From NCBI GenBank assembly GCA_016839945.1, contig JAEOTE010000129.1, positions 1 through 22,703 of the forward strand: 22,703 nucleotides of DNA, read 5' to 3'. The stretch comes from Candidatus Heimdallarchaeota archaeon (GTDB lineage Archaea > Asgardarchaeota > Heimdallarchaeia > Heimdallarchaeales > Heimdallarchaeaceae). Numbering within the stretch: the first letter of the stretch is position 1; each line of letters begins with the position of its first letter. Shown here one piece after another: positions 17,897-22,703 of the stretch. Under the pieces are notes generated by a model, which saw only the letters and a list, made by a program, of their open reading frames with translations, did no database searches and was not told the origin of the DNA. The position numbers and the translations under genes were made by a program.

Positions 17897-18262
17897 ATGC
17901 TTCAAGCAAGAGAAATTGAAAGAAGCGCAAAGAAAGTTCTTGAGACCTTCAAGTTAGGTGGTATTGTCTTCTTAATAACTAGCATAATACCCATTTGCTT
18001 TACTATAAGATTCTTTATTGTCGCTTTCCCAATTGATTATTCTCTTAATGGTTATGGTGAATGGGATTTCGGAATAAAACTAGGATATGTTATTGCTATA
18101 TGGTTAATCTGTGTTATTCCTCTCACTTTTTCCTCTATGATAGGGAAGCTACTACTATTCACTGAAAAAAAGGGAAGAGTGTATTTTATGCCTTTAATAA
18201 CATTAGCATTAGCTGTAGCTTTATTCTTTGTAGGATTTACAATTATAGATTGGTTGAGTTAA
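17897..18262 (+). CDS. Small membrane protein (3 TM), first gene of the radical SAM locus
   Basis: Three hydrophobic helices; its TAA directly abuts the next ATG (TAAATG). Confidence 0.75.
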   Translation: MLQAREIERSAKKVLETFKLGGIVFLITSIIPICFTIRFFIVAFPIDYSLNGYGEWDFGIKLGYVIAIWLICVIPLTFSSMIGKLLLFTEKKGRVYFMPLITLALAVALFFVGFTIIDWLS

Positions 18263-18487
18263 ATGAAATCTAGAAAAGGTCGAATAATAAAAATCAAAAA
18301 AGGATATAATCCAAATTGTAGTTCTGGTATGTGGTTTTTTACATATCTAGTTTTTATTGGAATTTTAGGAATAATCTTGCAATTTGGTATAAGTTTTTTT
18401 TTAGCTAGATTACTATATTTAAGACATTTAACAAAATATAATCTAATAGAAAGAAAAGAAGGAGAAATTGCAATAGGTAAAAATTGA
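18263..18487 (+). CDS. Small membrane-anchored protein with a GYNPNCSS motif, candidate radical SAM substrate
   Basis: Basic N-terminus MKSRKGRIIKIKK, then GYNPNCSSG and one long TM helix; ends 28 nt before the rSAM gene. Confidence 0.7.
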   Translation: MKSRKGRIIKIKKGYNPNCSSGMWFFTYLVFIGILGIILQFGISFFLARLLYLRHLTKYNLIERKEGEIAIGKN

Positions 18488-18515
18488 TCTTGATAACATT
18501 GGTGAGTTTTAGGAT

Positions 18516-19667
18516 ATGAAAGTACGTTACGAAGTTTTTGGTGGATTAATTAGAATCGAAAATCCTCCTGTTACTATTTACGTTGATAAGCAGTATATGA
18601 GGAATTTAGGTTTTACTGATTCAGAACTTTGGAAAAAAGAACGAGATTATCTTTCAGCTCCAATTGATACTCATTTTGCAATAACAAATAGATGTCCAAT
18701 GGAGTGCAAATTATGTTATAAGAACTCAAACATGAGTGAGAAAGATAAACTCTCTCTTCCTGAAATTAAGAGAATCATTGATACTCTAGCATCCATGAAA
18801 GTATTCAGTATTGCATTTGGTGGTGGTGAGCCATTTTCGAGAGAAGACTTCTTTGATATAGCTAAATATGCAAAATCCAAGTATATAACACCAAATGTAA
18901 CAACCAATGGATACTATATAAATTCTGATAACGCTAAGAAATGTAAAGTATTTGGGCATATCCATATTTCACTAGAATTACCTGGAAATAATTCTGAAGC
19001 AAGCAAATCAAGGAAAGCTTCTGAAATTGCAATTAAAGCAATTGATCTCTTAAAAAATGAAGGGATCCATATTGGTATAAATTATCTTATAACTAGAGAG
19101 AATTTCAATCAACTTGAAAACGTTGCAGAATACTGTATCTCCAAGAAAATTTATGACATAGCTTTATTGAGATTGAAACCTATAGGAAGAGCTGATGAAT
19201 ATTACAATAAGAATAAGCTAACAGAAGAACAAAATATCCTGTTGTTCAAGATCTTGAGAAAATTGAAAAGAAAATACAAAATCTCAATACAAGCTGATTG
19301 TTCTTTAGTTCCTATGTTAGCTTATCATAAGCCCAGTAAGAAATTATTGGATTTCTTTGGAACAGAGGGGTGTACTGGAGGTAACACTTTTATCGAAATT
19401 ACTGAAGAAGGAGCGGTAAGATCATGTAGTTTCTCAAATTACTATGGTGATCATGCAAGAAACCTAGACGAAATCTGGGATAACTCAGAATACTTTGTCA
19501 AATACAGAACAATAAATGACTTTCCAAAAGAACCATGCAGAACATGTAAATATCTAGATATATGCAGAGGAGGGTGTCATGTTATCTCTGAATATATTAC
19601 AGGAGACTTCAATAATCCTGATCCTGAATGTCCAATTGTTCTAAAATATAATTTGAAACATCAATAG
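18516..19667 (+). CDS. Radical SAM / SPASM-domain protein (PqqE/MftC/anSME-like architecture)
   Basis: CPMECKLC (CxxxCxxC), GGGEP, TTNG and GRA. SPASM cysteines in CTGG...RSCS...CRTCKYLDICRGGC...DPEC. About 45-aa N-terminal extension; GGTGA upstream. Confidence 0.92.
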   Translation: MKVRYEVFGGLIRIENPPVTIYVDKQYMRNLGFTDSELWKKERDYLSAPIDTHFAITNRCPMECKLCYKNSNMSEKDKLSLPEIKRIIDTLASMKVFSIAFGGGEPFSREDFFDIAKYAKSKYITPNVTTNGYYINSDNAKKCKVFGHIHISLELPGNNSEASKSRKASEIAIKAIDLLKNEGIHIGINYLITRENFNQLENVAEYCISKKIYDIALLRLKPIGRADEYYNKNKLTEEQNILLFKILRKLKRKYKISIQADCSLVPMLAYHKPSKKLLDFFGTEGCTGGNTFIEITEEGAVRSCSFSNYYGDHARNLDEIWDNSEYFVKYRTINDFPKEPCRTCKYLDICRGGCHVISEYITGDFNNPDPECPIVLKYNLKHQ

Positions 19668-19781
19668 TTAAACAATTATTATTATAACTATAAGAAATGA
19701 ATTTGGTTCTTTTTTCATCCTTAATTCTTTTTATTTTAATTGTATTAAGACATTTGTTTGATAAGGGAAAAAGGATATACT

Positions 19782-21086
19782 CTATTGAAAATATTCCAAG
19801 GTTCTCTTTCTTGAATTTTCAATTATATCAACGGGTAAGGGATCAAAAGTAAAATCGAATATACTGATATCAGATGTATCAAGTTCTATAACTTGTTCTT
19901 TTTCACTTTTTGATTTGAATTGGAGTTCTGTTGCATTTTTAAGAAGTATGTACAAAGCATTGTCTATGTAATCTGTTAATGTTAGTATTTCTTCTGTCTT
20001 CCTTTTACTTTCAGGTACCAATGTGAAACCAACAATATTTGGATTTAGTTCCTCTGAAGCAGGATCATCAAAAGAATGAATTGGAAAATTATCTACTACT
20101 CCACCATCTACCATAAACCTAGCTGTGTTTAAATTACCTGTGAAAGAACCAATTTCAGTATCTGTTTCTTCGAAAATTACAGGTTTAAACAAAAATGGAA
20201 TACCTATAGACATTCTAACAGCATCAGCTACACAAAGATTTTTCCATTTTCCTTCGTTTCTGAAATAAATTACTTTGCCAGTATTCAGACATACAGAAGT
20301 AATTACTAAATCAATATCAAACTCTTCTGCAAATTGTTTGAATGTACAGTTTTTTATCCCAGATTTTCTTTCGATAAATCTATCAAACATTTCTCTAGCT
20401 TTTTCACCAAGAAAGAAACCATATTCATATTTCAAGCTGTTCATCGAATGTAAAGGTTCTTTTAGAATAGAATTGGCAGCTGTTACTTGTGTTTCTGATT
20501 GAATAATTTCATGTATTGGAATCAAATGGAAAACATCATCATGTGATTTCTTTCCTGATTTTCTCATTTCAAAATTAAGATAACCTCTTAATAATAAAGC
20601 AAAAAATTGAAAACTCATTCTTTGAAATACTTTAATAGGGAGCTCTAGCAATCCTTTGAAAGATTTTTCATCTGATTTCAAATAAGCTGCCCAAGCATTT
20701 TTCATATATTTCTCAGCGTCCTCGAACCTTGGATCTTGAACGATATAATTCTGATAATTCTTAGTGTAAATTGTAGGTATTTTTCCGAACTCAACTGTAT
20801 CAAGTATCTCTTCCCCTATACCAGAGACTAGAATCTCTTCTACTTCCCTCGAATTATAACCACAAGATAGTAATAATGCTGTTAAAGAACCAACTGATGT
20901 TCCTGAAATTCCTTTTATCTTAGAAGTGTCTAATCGTTTGTAAGTTTGGTTGTTTTTTTTCTTTGTAGTGTAAGAAACTATGTTAAGTTCTTCCAAAGCT
21001 TGAAGGGCTCCTAAATAGGTTAAGCCCTTTCCTCCACCTCCTTCCCATGCGAGAAATTTGACATCTTTTTTTGCTACTTTTACCAT
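19782..21086 (-). CDS. Patatin-like phospholipase
   Basis: EGGGGKG oxyanion loop, GTSVG nucleophile, AVRMSIGIPFLF and DGG. ATG 21086 is preferred to 21125. Confidence 0.9.
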   Translation of the reverse strand: MVKVAKKDVKFLAWEGGGGKGLTYLGALQALEELNIVSYTTKKKNNQTYKRLDTSKIKGISGTSVGSLTALLLSCGYNSREVEEILVSGIGEEILDTVEFGKIPTIYTKNYQNYIVQDPRFEDAEKYMKNAWAAYLKSDEKSFKGLLELPIKVFQRMSFQFFALLLRGYLNFEMRKSGKKSHDDVFHLIPIHEIIQSETQVTAANSILKEPLHSMNSLKYEYGFFLGEKAREMFDRFIERKSGIKNCTFKQFAEEFDIDLVITSVCLNTGKVIYFRNEGKWKNLCVADAVRMSIGIPFLFKPVIFEETDTEIGSFTGNLNTARFMVDGGVVDNFPIHSFDDPASEELNPNIVGFTLVPESKRKTEEILTLTDYIDNALYILLKNATELQFKSKSEKEQVIELDTSDISIFDFTFDPLPVDIIENSRKRTLEYFQ

Positions 21087-21228
21087 ATTCACACCAGTAA
21101 TTTTATAAGCTAAAGGACTATGCATAATATCTTTAAAGTACTTCTTATCTTCTTCGCTGTGTTCATCAGTATTTTTCCAAAAACCATTAAGCTTATTTAT
21201 TCACCTCAAAATTATCTACAGTGTTATT

Positions 21229-21894
21229 ATGAAAGATGTACTGAAAACAGTTAAGGAAATAGAAGATAAAATTGAAGAAGCTCTAAATAAATATGAGATG
21301 AAAGAGGAATATGAAAGAGCTGTTGATGAGTATAGGAAATTAGAAAAAAGCTTAACTTCTATTCCAATAAATGATTCAGAACCAGAACAGTTCAAAGAAT
21401 ATCATCGTGTTTTAGCTTATCTATACATGCGAGAAAGCAATGTTTTAAGGAGTTTAGGAGAAGCTGAAGAAGCTATAAAAATTCAGAAATTAGAAATAGA
21501 AGCTGCAAGGAAATCAGAAGATGAAATTACTCTCGCTCGATCATTGTTTTCAACAGCTGTTCAAGATATTTCTTCAGGTAATATAGAAAATGGATCTCTA
21601 TTTCTTGAAGAAGCTTTACAAGAATTCAACAAAGGCAATTCTATTGATCATAAACAAGGTGCTGGATGGATTTGGATTATTCGAGCAGATATTATGAATG
21701 CTGGAATTATAGAAGTTGATTACGAAGAAGTATTAGCTGCTTGCAATCAAGCTATTGAATTATTAGAACCAATAGACAACTGGCAAGGACTTGTCAGAGC
21801 ATATCAAGCTAGAGCCACTGCACATCAAAAAAATAATCTTCAAGATTTAGCTGCAAAAGATGAGAAAAAAGCAGAAAGTTTCAAAAAAACATAA
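21229..21894 (+). CDS. TPR-like alpha-helical protein
   Basis: Repeated helical hairpins (LAYLYMRESNVLRSLGEAEEAIK; GLVRAYQARATAHQK). Confidence 0.65.
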   Translation: MKDVLKTVKEIEDKIEEALNKYEMKEEYERAVDEYRKLEKSLTSIPINDSEPEQFKEYHRVLAYLYMRESNVLRSLGEAEEAIKIQKLEIEAARKSEDEITLARSLFSTAVQDISSGNIENGSLFLEEALQEFNKGNSIDHKQGAGWIWIIRADIMNAGIIEVDYEEVLAACNQAIELLEPIDNWQGLVRAYQARATAHQKNNLQDLAAKDEKKAESFKKT

Positions 21895-21906
21895 AGGATA
21901 CTAGAA

Positions 21907-22041
21907 ATGATCTGTTCAAGATGTAAAAAATCCAAAAAAAATACTGTTAAGATGAAACAAGTGAAAAGGAAGGGAGGTTTTCACAAAAAAACTAAATTTC
22001 AGTGTCCTGAATGTGGATTAGTTAGAATGAAGGAGAATTGA
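21907..22041 (+). CDS. Small basic zinc-ribbon protein (44 aa; not in the ORF track)
   Basis: My translation: MICSRCKKSKKNTVKMKQVKRKGGFHKKTKFQCPECGLVRMKEN*. CxxC...CPxCG pattern typical of archaeal zinc-finger microproteins. Confidence 0.7.
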   Translation: MICSRCKKSKKNTVKMKQVKRKGGFHKKTKFQCPECGLVRMKEN

Positions 22042-22120
22042 CACAGACATTTTTTAGCTCCGTGTTTATAAATGAATTTAAAGAAATTAGTACGCTAATA
22101 ACATAAAAGGTTGTATAGAC

Positions 22121-22703
22121 ATGGCTACATCCTCAATTGATTCTTTACCCTTACTTCGCAATGGCGAAGAATATCTTTCACAGAGTAAAAAGACTCTGTA
22201 TGGAATTACAGGTGAGAAACTTCTTGATGTTTCTATAGCACCTGAACTGCATGTTCGCATGGCATTAAAGATTAACAAAGGAGCTGGTTTTGCTCTACTT
22301 CAGAACACAGGAATAGATGATTTGATAGATATTTTTGTAGAAGCAGGAAAAATCTTTGTTAATGATATGCTGATAAATGGTATCAGCTGTTCTTTGGACG
22401 AATGGTCTGAGTTGATAACTAGATCCACAGGAATGCCTATTACATATGTCAATAACGCTCTTAATTATATTCCTCAACTCTTCAGAAAACGCCCACTTCA
22501 AAGAGTTCTAAGGGCTAATAGCCCTACTGGAAGTTTGGCAATTTATGATGATTTAGTAGACATTCGAGGGACTACTAGATTTGCTTGGGGTCCTGCAGGA
22601 AGAAATTGTGGTGTTTCTCTGCCTGGAAATCATCCGTTAGTTTCTCTTCTGGGAACTCTCATACCACTGTTTAAGATACCAACAATTCTTCGAGCTTCTT
22701 CAA
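22121..22703 (+). CDS. EhpG/GriD-like aldehyde dehydrogenase / acyl-reductase-fold protein, 3'-truncated by the window (not in the ORF track)
   Basis: Open frame from ATG 22121 to the window end: MATSSIDSLPLLRNGEEYLS...ITRSTGMPITYV...FAWGPAGRNCGVSLPGNHPLVS...KIPTILRASS. W-x-P-x-G...PGNHP resembles the ALDH P-x-G...PWNFP region, and RAS sits at the KPS position. Confidence 0.7.
   Translation, partial: MATSSIDSLPLLRNGEEYLSQSKKTLYGITGEKLLDVSIAPELHVRMALKINKGAGFALLQNTGIDDLIDIFVEAGKIFVNDMLINGISCSLDEWSELITRSTGMPITYVNNALNYIPQLFRKRPLQRVLRANSPTGSLAIYDDLVDIRGTTRFAWGPAGRNCGVSLPGNHPLVSLLGTLIPLFKIPTILRASS

Noticed and set aside
18263-18487. Class III (pilin/archaellin) signal peptide at KKG|Y
   Set aside because: Residues after the Gly are polar (YNPNCSS) rather than hydrophobic, and no pilus-assembly genes are nearby.
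1063-20502. Short track ORFs 1063-1323, 1370-1597, 4160-4342, 5018-5329, 5403-5633, 6128-6415, 9355-9648, 12439-12669, 14470-14706, 16880-17131, 18716-18907 and 20275-20502
   Set aside because: Each lies antisense to a longer, better-supported gene and shows no recognisable motif; treated as shadow ORFs.
16826-21125. TatD or patatin as an anti-phage system (QatABCD- or CBASS/CapV-like)
   Set aside because: No CD-NTase, P-loop ATPase, QueC-like or other partner gene is adjacent; both families are commonly stand-alone.
21970-21979. AAGGGAGGTT matching 1381-1390, as the right-hand direct repeat of a ~20 kb island
   Set aside because: Only 10 bp, lacks the GATTTTTC core and lies in coding sequence (KGG of the zinc-finger ORF). 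Worth revisiting only if synteny breaks here.
22087-22501. Track ORFs 22087-22278 (-) and 22295-22501 (-)
   Set aside because: Antisense shadows of the + strand ORF starting at 22121, which the track missed because it has no stop inside the window.

Overview
AT-rich archaeal chromosomal segment, most likely from an Asgard archaeon, possibly Heimdallarchaeia-like (inference). The evidence is a TFB paralog, a Rab-like small-GTPase-fold protein, GGTGA ribosome-binding sites, TTTATA boxes and several C-terminally anchored surface proteins. I found no rRNA, tRNA, CRISPR array, transposase or integrase. The window opens with an EhpF/GriC-like adenylating enzyme. It ends with an EhpG/GriD-like aldehyde-dehydrogenase-fold ORF (22121 to window end) that the ORF track misses. 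These look like two halves of a two-component carboxylate reductase lying about 20.8 kb apart. Between them is a patchwork of unrelated genes: a Rab-like pseudo-GTPase, membrane proteins, a NosD-type beta-helix protein, a TFB with two zinc ribbons, an Ntn hydrolase, a tandem GNAT, a flavodoxin, an MFS/wHTH divergon, an E2 catalytic domain, an alpha/beta hydrolase, an M14 peptidase, TatD, a radical SAM/SPASM cluster, patatin, a TPR-like protein and small zinc-ribbon proteins. The best candidates for undescribed biology are: (1) a three-gene radical SAM/SPASM locus with a membrane-anchored GYNPNCSS-motif small protein; (2) a 16-20 bp direct repeat (GGGAGGTTGATTTTTCTTTCT) at successive gene boundaries between 1.4 and 6.8 kb; (3) the split carboxylate-reductase pair; (4) the Rab-like pseudo-GTPase; (5) an MFS promoter with four operator-like sites and an unannotated 35-aa upstream peptide. 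All family calls come from motif recognition by eye; no searches were run.
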